From contig CT868654.1 in assembly GCA_000165425.1 (NCBI GenBank), forward strand, positions 62,001 through 126,000: a stretch of 64,000 nucleotides of DNA. The letters run 5' to 3'. Numbering within the stretch: the first letter of the stretch is position 1; every line of letters starts with the position of its first letter. The translations under genes were made by a program, and so were the position numbers. Shown here piece by piece: positions 40,700 to 54,540 of the stretch. This DNA comes from Paramecium tetraurelia (lineage: Eukaryota). The notes beneath the pieces are model-generated. The model did not search any database, was not told the origin of the DNA, and saw only the letters and a program-made list of their open reading frames with translations.

Positions 40700-41570
40700 C
40701 AAAAAAGATAAAAAATAAATATCATAATTTATCGAGATCCAATAATAGTCGTTTAACTAGTTAAGTAACACTAACAGAATTTGATATAAATTAAATTATA
40801 TTAAATATCCTTTATCAGATGTTCAAATATATTGTATTTATTAGTAATATTTGGATGGAATCAACAAGGGGAAAATAGATGAAAAAATCATTAAAATTGT
40901 TTTGATAATTTTCAAAGTAAAATATTTCTTTTAAGATAATTATAATAATTGGGAAATTTACAACTTAAAACATGTAGATATATATGAAATGTAGATTTAC
41001 ACAACAAGATACATATCAGGGAAGGTGGATTTGCGCACATATAGGTTTAATATATTTAATTTTCACTTATTTGAATTGAAGAAGCAGAATAATTTTTAAT
41101 ATGGAGTTGCTAAGATAATTTTGCAGAGTATAAGAGTATAGAGAAACTTTTTTCGAGGGAAAGAAACATGGATTCAGAAAAATAATATTACTTAATGGAT
41201 CATCATATGAAGTTTATAACTAATTTATGATAGTGAATAGTTGATACAAAATTAATCAAAAAGCATGAAGTTAATTGATATAATACTTACAATATAAAAT
41301 TTTGCATGTAGATAAATAGATTTAAGCGCAATATAATAGAAAGCAGTAAAACTCTCTTATTTGAAAATGGAAATATATTGGAATAAGAAACAAGATAAGT
41401 TTTTAAATTTATTTGAAAAAATATGAATAGTAAAGAAGGTCTGTTTACATGAATAAATTGATAAACATTAAAGTAATTAATTAAAAAGAGCAATAATAGA
41501 GGGAATCATATTTTATATAAAATAAGAACATAATTAAAAGTGAATGGCTTAACAATAAATGGGTGTAGAT
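40700..41570 (+). pseudogene. Decayed MORN-repeat protein gene
   Basis: Fragments FFEGKKHGFRKIILLNGSSYEV (about 41149-41215), FENGNILE, EGLFT*IN*, KSEWLNNKWV, with TGA stops and frame changes. Confidence 0.6.
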
Positions 41571-41683
41571 GGAGTAATTGAATGATCGATACCGAAGAAC
41601 TGTTTAATACAAATAACGACAATAAGTGATTATATTATTAATAATTTTATAAACTCCACCCCAAATTTCAATTCAAATATTTG

Positions 41684-44391
41684 ATGGAAACATAAACACT
41701 CTTACATTAATTAGTGAAATAAGCATTTCCAGATTCGATCGAGGAGTGCACATTAAATAACTATAAATCCTATTTTTTGAGAATTCTGAATGTGCGTACA
41801 GGTAATACATTGATGGATGAATCTGAACTCCAAGCAGAGATGACTAAAATGACTAATGTAATATCATATCTAAACAAAAGAAATCATAAGCATATAGATT
41901 GCAAGATTGTTTGAATCGATTGAGCAAAACGAGATTAAGGAAGAAAAATGAATTAATTCATTTCCTTTTTCGTACTAGTTAACTTGGCTAAAATAATAGT
42001 TATACAAATTAGACTTTAGATACTTTGTTTAAATCATAGGAGATCTCTTAAATAAATTATTCACAAACCATACCTAAGAAAATCATAGATGAGAGTCCTA
42101 AAAATAATGATTAATTGATGATTATCCAATAAGTTACTGATAAAGGAAATGTGGCACTATCTATCACAGAAAAAGATTTAGTTAAGGATCTAATATTTAG
42201 CATTTAAGGCATAGAGAGTCAATATATTTGTTATGATCCAATAAATGATTCATTTTAAGTGAAAAAGGATATCGCCATTAGTTCTGCAAGTAGGAAATTA
42301 CTAAATGTAATGTGTGAGTGTGGTTGGCTATTCAAGAGAATACTAACATTCACTTAAACTAATTATAAGAGTTTGGTTTTGTAAGCATTATAGAATTCCA
42401 TTAAAGAAGAATTAAATGAATACTACAGATTGATTGCGTATTTTGAAAATCTTCTAGCAGAGTCTACCTTAACTCTAAGGAAAATGTACATGTGGTTGAA
42501 ATAGCCAATGCATCATTTGGTATAAATCAATTTAGTGTTATCATAAATTTTGACGAATGTCTAATTGGGAACCACTTCTTCTTTAGTGATTTCTATACTC
42601 TGCAGATATTCTAAGCATGGTTGCCCATAAACATCCTAATTGTTTTCTAGAATATTGCATCAAACTACAATACCAATTGTTAGATTCATAAACCAATGGA
42701 TTTTTGATGGGTCTCTAAGTGATTAAGCATAGGAATTCTTTATAGAAAGTAATGATTCTAATAAGATATAAATAAGAGACAGCGGAGAGTTGTGGAAGAA
42801 TGAATTCAAAGTTAATTAAGATAAAATACCTTACATGATTTCTTTGGAGGATTCCTATAAAATATTTGATACAGGTAGAGTCATTAATTGGCTTAGGAAA
42901 TAGTGTAAATTTACGCAATTCAATTAAAATTATGAATTGATAACTATCGACCTTCTAGGAACAGAATAGTTTTCTCTTTTTGTTGACTAAGTCAATAAGG
43001 AATACAACAAATAGTTGATTTAATTGATTAAACCAAACTTTAAAATAACACTAAATGCAATTAAGCGATTCTTATTGTTGGGTTAAGGAGAATTCATACA
43101 TACATTGATGGAATTGTTGTAAACAGAATTAAATAAACCAGCTCAATAATGTTATAGACATACTTTATTGAGTATTTTGGAATCGGCATTCAAAAATATT
43201 TCTTAGGAGGTCAGACTAAATGTGAAACTTCTAGAGCCATCTTAAAATGATACTGGTTGGGAGATATTCTGTTTGGATTATTCAATTGATGAACCTTTGA
43301 ATACAATTTTCAATCAGAAGATTATGTTGTCGTATTATAGGATTTTCAATTTTTTATGGAGAATCAAAAGAGTTGAATTTACATTGACTTAATGTTGGAA
43401 AATGCATTAGAAATTTATGGCAATTCCTAATTAATTCCAAGTAATCAAAAAGGCAATTTAATTGAGTTACTAAATGATGAATGAGATGCAACACTTTATT
43501 AAAAATTTCTATAGTTATCTAATGTTAGAAGCAATAGAAAGTTCTTGGAAAAAGTTCATAGATGAATAAGATAAAATTTAGGATTTGGATAATTTAATAA
43601 AAACACATGAATTATTCATATCTGATATCTTGGATAGATCGTTCTTAAATACCAAAGGAGAATTCACATAAAAGTTATTATTCAAAATATTTGATTACAT
43701 CTTCAGATTTAAAAGTTGCCAAGAGTTGCTCTTAAGCTATGCTAAGGATTAAATCTCATAAACTGATAATTAACAACTGTAATTGAAGAATTTAGTGAAC
43801 AAACAGCAGAATTAAGGAAGATCAATTCAAAATAAAAATTAAGACATCATAAAATCTTTATTAGAATTGAGGAAACAATATAGAGATTAAATGTTTGAAT
43901 TACTAGAAAAACTTAAGAAAGAAGATAGGTTGAAGTTCCTTCATTTCAAATTAGATTTCAATGAGTATTATTTGGGAATCTAGGAATCCAAACTCTTTAA
44001 TTATGATTTAGATCGGTACTTAATAAATAAAATACAATCTTAGGTTTCTAGAGAAGTGTCTACCAAAGGTTAACGAAGTTTCCATACCGCCTAATCGAGT
44101 TCCAAGTAGTAAACAATTATTGACCCAGCCTTAATAACCTTAACAAAGAACATTCAATACAAATATTGAATTTTAGAATGAAGTGAGGTCAGTTAAAGAA
44201 GGATGTAAGAAAGTATGTTTAATTATTTAGTGAAATAACTAGAAGAATAAAGAAGATAATAATTATAATTAAAAGATTAACTTAGTAAGTCTCCTTTGCA
44301 AAAGTCTCCATTAGTACAGATTCCACCAAAAATGACGGAACATGAAAAAAGAAAGAATGATGAAGATCTAAGTTCAAGTGATGACGACTGA
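41684..44391 (+). CDS. GCP3: Gamma-tubulin complex component 3 (Spc98)
   Basis: ITEKDLVKDLIFSIQGIE, CECGWLF, EELNEYYRLIA, LTLRKMYMW, HGCP, FLLLGQGEF, GWEIFCLDY, FNFLWRIKRVE, LDFNEYY. Confidence 0.9.
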
Positions 44392-44461
44392 GAGTGATAT
44401 TTAATAATATTTCTTATTTAGTTTTGAAATTGATTCACATTAATAAAAATAATAATTAATA

Positions 44462-46287
44462 ATGAATAGCGTATTAGAAGAATGGAGTTTTTCAGAAGAA
44501 CCTTATTAAATCTACAAATCTAGTTCAATAATTAAAACATTTACGTCTGTGTAACAATTCAATTTCAAATCTTAATTATGTCATTATCAAATCCAAAACT
44601 CAAGTTCTCCAAATATTGAGTATCAATTATTTATATATGATAGAATAATATGATAGAACTATTTAGTACTCAAATATTATAGTAGGAACTAATTTAGGCG
44701 AGCAAGAGCAAGATGAATAGCTTTCAAACGAGGAAAAGATAGTTGATTGTTAATATGAAGTTGCTGGAGTGGAGAATAATAACATTATTGATAATTAATT
44801 TTTGTAATACTAAATATAATGAGTTTTAATAAGTTTTAGCTAGAAGGATGTGGGTTTAACTTCAATCTTATTCATTTATTATGGCTCCAAGATCCAATTT
44901 TCAAAAACAACATTCGATTAGACATTCCAGACACAATCCAAATTCTTTAAGGATAACCTCATTTTTGGTATTACAGTGTGGATTCTCAAATAATGAGGAA
45001 GAGCAAAACAAAACTGAATTTAGAGTCAATTTTAAAGGATTTTGTGAAGGATAAAAATGATAATCATGAGATATGTGCAGTATGGATAACGAAGAAAGAC
45101 AATTAAACTGAATTCGAATTTCTGTCTTAATATCTTCTTTGTACATTAATATCTCAAATGAATTATGAAACTGAGGGCTATTTACAGAAATTCATATATC
45201 CAAAATGTAGATTCATATATATTGATTCATCTAGCTGAGAAGAACGAAGTTATAAAATGTACATGGGGAAACAATTTGTGTTACTTTGAAGTCTTTACAA
45301 ATAAATATCCGATAATGATGTAGAAAGCAGATATTTATTAAAGAGCCGTGACTTTTGAAACTTAAAATGGGCCTGTTGAATAATCAACGTATAAATTTAA
45401 TTTCTTAGATTTTCAGTTTAAAGGGAACATAATTTTGTCAAAGATTAGAATTGTTATGTGGATTAATCATGTCTCATGTGATAAATGTTACTTAAAACTA
45501 AAAAGAAATCACATTGATGGAATTGATATTTAAATTATCAAAAAAGGGATAAATCTATCTCATAATATGTTCCAATTTATCAACATCCAATGTCCCAACC
45601 AAATTTTCATTACGTAATAAATATAATTGATTCAAAGCCGATTTTTCAATTACAAAAAAAGTAACAAAGGAACTTTTGAATTATCCTAAAGCAATAACTT
45701 TATCAGATAACTCTAAATGTATAGTGTGCGATGAAGAGAAGAATCAGATAGAATTTTCAAAAGTTAAACTAAAGGAATTAATCCATTACTGGGAATCTGG
45801 ATCTGATCACAGGTCATAAATTCAATCTCCAAAGTCTCATAGATTGCATGCTTAATTGATTAAAATAGATCCTACATAGTTAATACCAAGAGTGATCAAA
45901 TTGATGTATCCTAGAATGAGTTTAGAAGAATATTAAGAATTTAGAAATAACACAGTCTTCATAAATTAGACTATCTCATTGTGTAGTTATTGTTTTACTA
46001 AACTTTATTAAAGTGAAGCAGAGAAAGTCAAAGTTATTCCAAGAAAACACCATAGATTGTTAAGAACTGAAATCTATGACAATGAACCAATCAAGTACGA
46101 GCCTATCACTCCAGGAAAATCAAAGACATCTACTTATTGCAGCTTTTTAGAACATAAAATGATAAATAGCTACATCAATCGAAGACTGAAATTGACTAAT
46201 ATTAAAAAGGAATCATTTCCAATGGTCAATAACTCGAATTCCCTGTTTAAAACTACTTAATCCTCGAGAATTAAAGTAGACATATGA
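44462..46287 (+). CDS. Hypothetical protein
   Basis: Ciliate-code ORF with short introns; LDIPDT...PHFWYY, YLQKFIYPK, CIVC and CSYC motifs; TGA 46285-46287. Confidence 0.65.
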
Positions 46288-46763
46288 TTATTCAAAATTT
46301 ACAATTTCAATTATACTCTTTTGGAAATCAAAATAAAACTAAATCTATATATATTGAAATTCAATAAATTCTATATCAATTATAGAATAAATTGTCTAGT
46401 TTTCTCCATTTTTGCTGGCTTATAAGAAAATAATAAATTACTAATTTTCTGTATTTAATTTTTATTTATAATGTGAAAATAAATAGAGAAAGGAGATAGG
46501 GAAAAAAATTTAGTTTACAACATTTATACCTATTCTAACTAACTTCAAACTCTTCTTTTTTATTTCATTGATTTCGAATATAATTCAGAAACTAAAGACA
46601 TATATCTATGCTTTTTTTATTAATCTAAGGAAGTAAGAACAATGAACTTCTATTTGAAATACTAATTTCTTCTCTCTCTGACACAATAAAAATGTAATAG
46701 TATCTCTCATAATGATTGATAGGTTGAATAAGTTTTCATTTTAATTTTAATTTTATTTTTAAA

Positions 46764-47904
46764 ATGCACTAACAGCGACGTTTATCTCCAGCTCCATCAA
46801 GTCCATGTCCCAGAATTTGTATAATCATCCATTTATTTGCTTATAGAATAGTAATCTAATCGGATGCAGTTTCTCCAACCTTAATATGTAGTTCCTTAAC
46901 AACCCCAATATTGTTAATAACCAATCGTTCTAAAAACTGAAGAATTGAGACCTGTTTAACAATTACATCATTAGTCTAGGGAAAGAGAAAAAGAGAATTT
47001 AAATCCAAAAGCATTTCAATCTGGAAGGCTATTGAGTCAACATGATACTCCATAACATTCACAAAGATCTCTGTAATAAATCCCTGTTGGAGCCTTTTCA
47101 TCTTAGACTTCAACTGAAGCTCAGGTAAAACAATTGAGAGAAGAGATGCTCAAGATGTTTGAATTTTCTCGAAAAGATTTTGAATTAGTTAAAACCGAGT
47201 TGGAGCAATCTAAACAGGAATTAGTTGAATAAAAAAAAATGAATAAAACATTTGTAGCTTAAATTGAAGGATTAAATTAGTAATTAGTATAAGAATAGGA
47301 AAAAACAAAATAGCTAAAACATGAAATTGAGGAATTATAGAAAACATAAGGACAATAAATTAGTGAGCTGGCCCGTTATTCTGAAATAAAATAAGAAATT
47401 ATTGTAGAAATAAAAGAGTATTTTGATACTTAACTTAAATTACAAAGCACTTAATAATAACCTTAACCATAACAGTAAATTACATTAGACACTTATGATA
47501 CTTATATCAAAAAATACGAATAGTTTAATAAATAAGTCAATGATTATTTACTTAATAGAAAATTGCCTGATAATTAATATAATGATACAATAGAATAAGA
47601 TAATAGTAATTTAATGAAGGATAAAGAATCACCAGTTAGATTTTTGAATTAAGAAGATTAGCAGATTATTCTTACCAAAGAAGATATGGATAGATGTATG
47701 CATATATTTAATTTAGATAAAATGTCAATAATCCATGAAAATGAAAATGAGGAGGATGAAATAATTTATTAAGTCGATGAAAATGGTTATGTTATGAATT
47801 AAGATGGTAATCATTTAGTAGATAATTATGGCAGATTGATTTAATTGTCAGAGAAGGATATTGAATATTTTAAGAGCAAAAACTAATTAGATGAAATTAA
47901 ATGA
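46764..47904 (+). CDS. Hypothetical P/Q-rich coiled-coil protein
   Basis: ATG 46764, intron near 47126-47150, C-terminal VDENGYVMNQDGNHLVDNYG, TGA 47902-47904. Confidence 0.7.
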
Positions 47905-49095
47905 ATTGTTTTGACTTTGAAATTATATTTATTTTATTAAATATACAATATATTGACAATCATTATTCTTAATCTTTCTTATCTTAATAGTAATATCAAA
48001 AAGTTATTCAAATATAATTTCAATTTTTTAATAGGTTTACAAATTTAATATTACTATAACTGAATTTTTTCAATTCATTTATTACAGAGTAATTATTTCA
48101 AATTATTTTAATAAATTTATTCAAAAAATGATGATAACTATTTATCATATCATCTTAAATACACTAAATCAACATGATTTTAGAGAATTATTTTGTTATT
48201 ATATAAAATCTATTAAAAATATCATTTGATTTTTAATATTTATCAGATTGAATTATGAAGATCATCATAACGGAAGAAATTATTCCCTTCTGAGATTTTA
48301 CAGACTTTTATAAAAATTACAAACCAAAGTAGATTAGAAATTCCTGCTATCGTCATAAAATTTGCAATTTCTATTGCAATTCTAATGATTATTTATTCAA
48401 TTAAAAAGATGATATAAAATATTTTCTTGGATATGATCATATTTTCATTTCAGAAAATATTTGATTACTAACTTTTTTGAATAATTAATGCTTTATCAGG
48501 TGCTAACGTTCTTATAATTAAAATAGACTATTTAATTCAGATTGATCAATACCCAAGCCAAGCACTCGTCAAAATCCAAGAATTCTTCTAAAATAAAGAA
48601 ATCCATTTATTTCAGATTTATCTTTTCATTTAACAGATTATTGAAATTGAGAAACATCTCATTCTTCGATATTACTTTGAGCAATTATTTTATAAATTAG
48701 CTCATTTATAAGTTACAAACATTGTGTCTACTTGAAAAGTGAGTCTTTATTATAAATAAATAAAACAATCCGTTTGAATTTGATATATTAAAATTAAAGT
48801 TAAGATTTGCAAAATCTTGATTTGTTAATATAATTTAGTTTTTATTAAATAATCTTCCATTAATACATTATTATGAATTCATGATAATTTATTAATAACT
48901 CATTAAAATTTCATGAATCATCAAGACAATAATTTATTTCAAGTTGAGAAAGTATTTATTAAGTATCATATGCAGTTGTTGAAATTTAGTGAAATAGAAT
49001 ATTTTTATTTTAGGTAAATTAATAAAAAATTATTCTATTTCTCTAGATCTTAAGGCAATGCCTTAGTTAATACAGTTGATTATTAAAAATAAATA

Positions 49096-51687
49096 ATGAA
49101 AATCTCTTTCCTTGTAGTTCTCTTTTACTTAGGATATTCATAAAATGTTAGATAAGAATGCTCATGTGATTAACTATTAACAGAAGCAGATTGTTTAATG
49201 AGTTAATTATTATGTAGTTGGAATTCATTTAAACAGCAATGCCGATATGAAACATCAATTTATTAACCGCAATCAATAGTTAGGGAATATTGTGATCAAT
49301 TTTCAAAGGAAACTTGTAATAAACTGAGGCCCTGTGAATCCTGTGTTTCTAATGGACCTTGCTAATTGTATTAAGGATATTGCACTCACTTCACTGGATG
49401 CACAGCATTTGCAGAAAAAGATAACTCCAAGTGTTAATAAATATCTGAAAGATGCATAACCGATGGAGTTCATTGTGTAGAAATTGGGATTTGTGATTCT
49501 TATAAAACAGAAACGGCTTGTAAATAAGATATGAATCGCAAGTGGTGTTTTTGGGATAAGAATACTACAAAATGCAGATATCCAGAGAAGTGCGAAGAAT
49601 TACCAAAAACATTCACTTAGGATTCTTAATGTAAATCTTAGATTTCTGATTGTGAGTCAAGTCAACAAGGGGGATGTTAGGATTAAACTATAATCTAATA
49701 AGTTTCTACAACCGCTACCGCAACCACAACATCCACAACAGCAACCACTACAACTACCACTACCTCCTATAATACAAATCCATCATTAAATTAGTGTAAA
49801 GACTTCACTTCAGATTCTGAATGTATAAAGAATTTAGAAGGAAGTCCTTGTTATTGGAATGAAAATTTATGTAAAGATAAGATATGTTCTATTGCACCAA
49901 AAACATTCACAACCAATAAAGAATGCTCAACATTTTTAAGTTTTTGTATCACCATGAGTGGAGGAGGATGCATGAACAATGGAACTTGCTAGGTTGCCAA
50001 TACTTCACAAGCATGTGTTAAAGATATATTTGGTGTTGGCTGCTTTTGGACTGCTAATGGTGGATGTATTTATAAGAATTGCGATCTTGCTCCTACTACG
50101 CTAACTTCGAATTAAGATTGCGATTCCTTCCTAAAAGATGTATGTGTTGTTAAGGAGGGAGGTGGTTGTAGAAATAAAGAATGCGAAGATCTTTTTGGAA
50201 GCTCGCATGGCAGCTGTTGGACCCAAAAGAATGGTTGTACAGTAGGACTCAATTCAAAATGTGCCAAAATAAAGAACTGCGAAGATACAGCTTTAAAAGG
50301 AGCATGCATTGAAGGTTTAAATGGTCCATGTTTATGGGTTAATAATTAATTCTCTAATGAGTAACCTTCAGGAAAATGTTATAGTTACAATTCTTGTTAG
50401 AGTATCTAATGGAATACGGATTAACAATGTAAGTAGATTTCTCCTTTTTGCACTACTGATGGCACCAAATGTGTTCCAATAACTTAATGCTCAGAAACCA
50501 ATACAAATGGAGGTTGTGTGAATGGAAATGATGGATAATGCATATAAACTGTAATTGCAATTAAGGAAACTTAAAAGGTTTGCAAGAAATTTGACACCTG
50601 CTCTTTAGCATACTACTTAAAACATGAGGAGTGTCAAAATGCAAATAAAAAGTGCACATCCAATGGTCTAACAGGATGCATTCCATTATTAGACTGCAGT
50701 GCATATAAAGCTAAAGAGTCATGCAAAATCAATAGCAATTAAAATTCTTGTTTTTGGAATGAGGTTACTTAAACCTGTAGGGATTCAATTTGTTCAGATT
50801 ACAATTATAATACTCATTAATAATGTAACTCAATATTTATAAATGTAATGGATAAATGCACTTCTGATGGCGAATAATGTTTAGTGATATCTAGCTGCAC
50901 CACTTACAAATCAAAATCAGTATGTAATAATGCATAAGCCACAGAAGGCAGTTGCAAATGGTCGGAAGTTGAACCATCATGCAAAGTTAAATAATGCTCA
51001 GATATCTCAGCTCCAGGTCTAGATAATTGTAGTTTAGAATTAGGTAATTGTACATTCGATGGCACTAAGTGTATCTAATGGCAGTTGTGCTCTAATTACT
51101 AGACTAAGGTCTCTTGCAATACTATGGGTTTGGATGGAAATTGTTATTGGTCTAAGAGTGGAAGTTGTTAGTTGATGACATCTTGTAAATCTGCTTCAGA
51201 TGATGAATAAGCCTGCAGATAAGCCAATTAGAAATGTTATTGGAATTCAAATGGTACATGTGAAGATCACAATTGTGATTCTTATTACAAATAGCATGGA
51301 ACTTGCACTATTTTATAAAGTTGGGATGGCTAATCCTAAACCTTTTGTCAAGAAAAATAAGGAACCTGTAAATTAGTTGATCCAATCACTTTGAATTAAT
51401 TAGATTGTTATAAAGTATCAAATTATTTGTACACATGGAATCCAACTACTTCTAAATGTGCAATTTGTAATGCCAAAATAAAGCCAACAAATAATACTAA
51501 TAAAACAAATACAAGCACTAACTCAAACAATACAAGTAATAATACAAATAGTACTACTGTTAATAATACTAATACTACTAATAGCACAGATAGTTCTGAT
51601 AATGTTACGAATCAAGAAAGTACCAGCTCTTCTTCTTTTATAAAATATTTTGTACTATTTATTTTAACAGTTCTCATCTCAAGTTGA
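49096..51687 (+). CDS. Cys-rich surface-antigen-like protein, secreted and probably GPI-anchored, about 863 aa
   Basis: Signal peptide MKISFLVVLFYLGYS; periodic Cys repeats with CITDG/CTTDG/CTSDG and CxW; N/T-rich stalk; hydrophobic C-terminus; span divisible by 3. Confidence 0.9.
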
Positions 51688-52596
51688 TTATTTTTATATT
51701 TTATTTAAATATTAATATTTATCTATCTTATTATTTGTAAAATCTATAAGTAAAATATTGTGTTCCTATTGCATAAATAATAAAATGAAAATTTACTTAC
51801 TCAATTTAACTTGTTCCAAACATTTAAGTGTGTCTTAATTGTTTGTATCTATAACCTATAATAAACCTCAATTGATATTTTAAGAACTAATCTGGGAATT
51901 AGGTATTATTCAAATTTATAATTAATATTTTAAAATAACGAAAAGGACTTAATAAAGTAATTCTTATTTGAAGTACTTAAAATTGAATTAAAGATTAGAA
52001 TTTTGGTATTAATAAATTAATTATTGAGAAAACGTCTTTGGATTAAAAAGTGAACGGATAATAAATTAATAGACAATTTATAATTTTTTGATGCAAATTA
52101 GTATATTTAATTAATTCCAAAAACATTTTTCTTTAAGAAACTAAATGAATTTATTTACTTAACAAAGTTTTTGAAATTAATAAGATTAAGGATGAATTAA
52201 CATCAAGAAAATCAAGAATTGTAACATACAAGAAGATAATATTAAGATTCTTTTGTATTACATTAGTCAACAGGTAGCAAATTCCTCAATCTACTATAAT
52301 TTAGCAGAAAATGATTCTCATAAACCAATAAATTACTTTAACCTCAAAATCACTATCTAACCAACCATAGATCTTTATGAGGTTATTACTACTTTCAAGG
52401 CAATGAATTCGAATAACGAAATTACACTGAAAATTTGGAATGAGTATTCAAAGAATCCTTAATATTTAATCAAGGAACTGCTCTAGGAACATTTATCATG
52501 ATGGAATAAGATAGTTGATTTATTGTGTTTCAGATATTATATATTAAATGTTGAATAGAGTATAGGAATTATCAATATGATAATTAATATTTTATA

Positions 52597-53172
52597 ATGT
52601 AATCGTAACCTAAGTCAGGATCTATTTATCATTGTTTATCCCCTTAGAATATTAAACGTGCTGTGAATAAGATTCAATGTAGAGAGCAATAAAGCAATCC
52701 TTGTGTGAGATTGAAGAATTAGGACAATCGACTCAAATAATTCCAAACTCTTCTAAATTCATACATGCAGAGTAAATCGCCCTCTATTACGAAAACTATA
52801 TAAAGTCGAAAGAGTTTGAATGAACCCAGCATAAATAATATCGCTAGAATTTCAGTAACTCCACAGAAAAGTGATCTTTCAATTACACGCAAGTAAAACA
52901 CAGAGCATAAAGAATTCTTACTCTGTTAATCCATTTCAAGTTAAACGTCTGATTTTGGTCCTTCAAATCAATTTAAATCGTAGTTATAGTAAATACAACA
53001 AAAAGTACGTGAACGCTTCAAGCGATATGAAGAAGAGAAGAAGTAATTTCATGAAGAGAGAAAACTCTTTTTGGAAGAGAAAAAACAATTAGTCTCTAAA
53101 ATACAACAATTAGAATTGCAGGTTCAAGAGTTGACCAAAAAAAAAGAGGCATTAGATCAATCATTTGGTTGA
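52597..53172 (+). CDS. Hypothetical protein with C-terminal coiled coil, 191 aa
   Basis: Uninterrupted ORF from ATG 52597 to TGA 53170-53172. Confidence 0.7.
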
Positions 53173-53223
53173 TATGCTTACTAGCAATTTTGTTTGTTTA
53201 TAAAAATATATAATTTAACAGTT

Positions 53224-54527
53224 ATGAATACACAAATTAAAGCAACGAGACAACCATTATCTCAAATTGATTTCAATCAAGATCTAGAGAATTGTGGCAC
53301 AACACCTAAACATAAATAATTCAAAACTGCTATTACACTCAATAGTGATTATAAAAATAATCAAAATTACAATGTGCAATTCAAGGTCAAATAATAAAAT
53401 CAGACTATGGATTAAGTGAGTATCAACAATGCCAGCAGACTTAATGAGAATAATGCAATTTTCATGAGTCCAGCTCCACTTCGCAGAAATACTCAATTTC
53501 AAATACAATAATAATAATAACAATAGATTACTTCCCCTTTATAGAAGAACTATAGTTAGAAGCACTTTTAACCAAATTCTCCAATTACTAAACCTAACAT
53601 CTAATTTAGAGGGGTTTCTCAATAACCTTTTAATTAAAATGTGTCTCATACAACAACTCAAAAGTTAGAATCTGATGTGCAAATTTTGAAGAATCAGAAT
53701 CATGCATTACAATAATAAATATTTTAGTTAGAGTCTAGTATTTAGAGAGGAAATAGCACTCAATTCATTAAGGAATTAGAAAACAAAATTTTAATGCTTT
53801 CAAAATTAAACGAAAAATTAAATCTGGATAATTAGCAATTACTAAAAATTAGTGATGCTGAATAACTCAGAAAAGAGAAGGATTAATAGACTAAAAAAAT
53901 AGAGGAATTGGAGAGTCAATATGACAACTTATTATAATAATTTGAGTAGTTTGATTGTTAGAAATTGAATGAATTAGAGTAAATGAATCAAGAAAATAAG
54001 ATAGAAAATTTAGTAGTTGATTTGGAAGATAAGATTACTGGATTGATAATTGAGAATGAAAAACTGAATTAATAGATTTAAGAAGGAATGAAAATTGATT
54101 AAAACATTGAACAATTATAGTTAGAAGTGTAACAACACTAGATTGCATATTAAAAGTTGAAACACGAGGAGGTTTAATATAGATTTAAATTTGATACTGC
54201 AAACTATGATGAAAAAGTAAGCAGGAGACATCAACAACACGATAGTAGTAGAGACAAAGTAATCGAAAATGTATTAGAATTATAATTATTAAATAGATTA
54301 AACTCTTGGAAGAAGAGAACTCAAATTTAAGAGGGTTAATAAGAGATGTTGATTACGAGGAGGAGATTAAGGACATGGAGGATAGGGTAAATAATTTATA
54401 GATGATGTTAGATTCGAGTGATAGCCTAGGATAATAAAAAGTTGGAGATGCAATTGCTGTCAAAATGATATATATAATGTTTCGGCTTATTTCAAAAATT
54501 ATTTCAGACACTCTTGATTTTATATGA
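53224..54527 (+). CDS. Q/N-rich coiled-coil protein
   Basis: ATG 53224, low-complexity N-terminal half then heptads; intron near 54272-54296; end approximate. Confidence 0.65.
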
Positions 54528-54540
54528 ATTATTTAATAAA

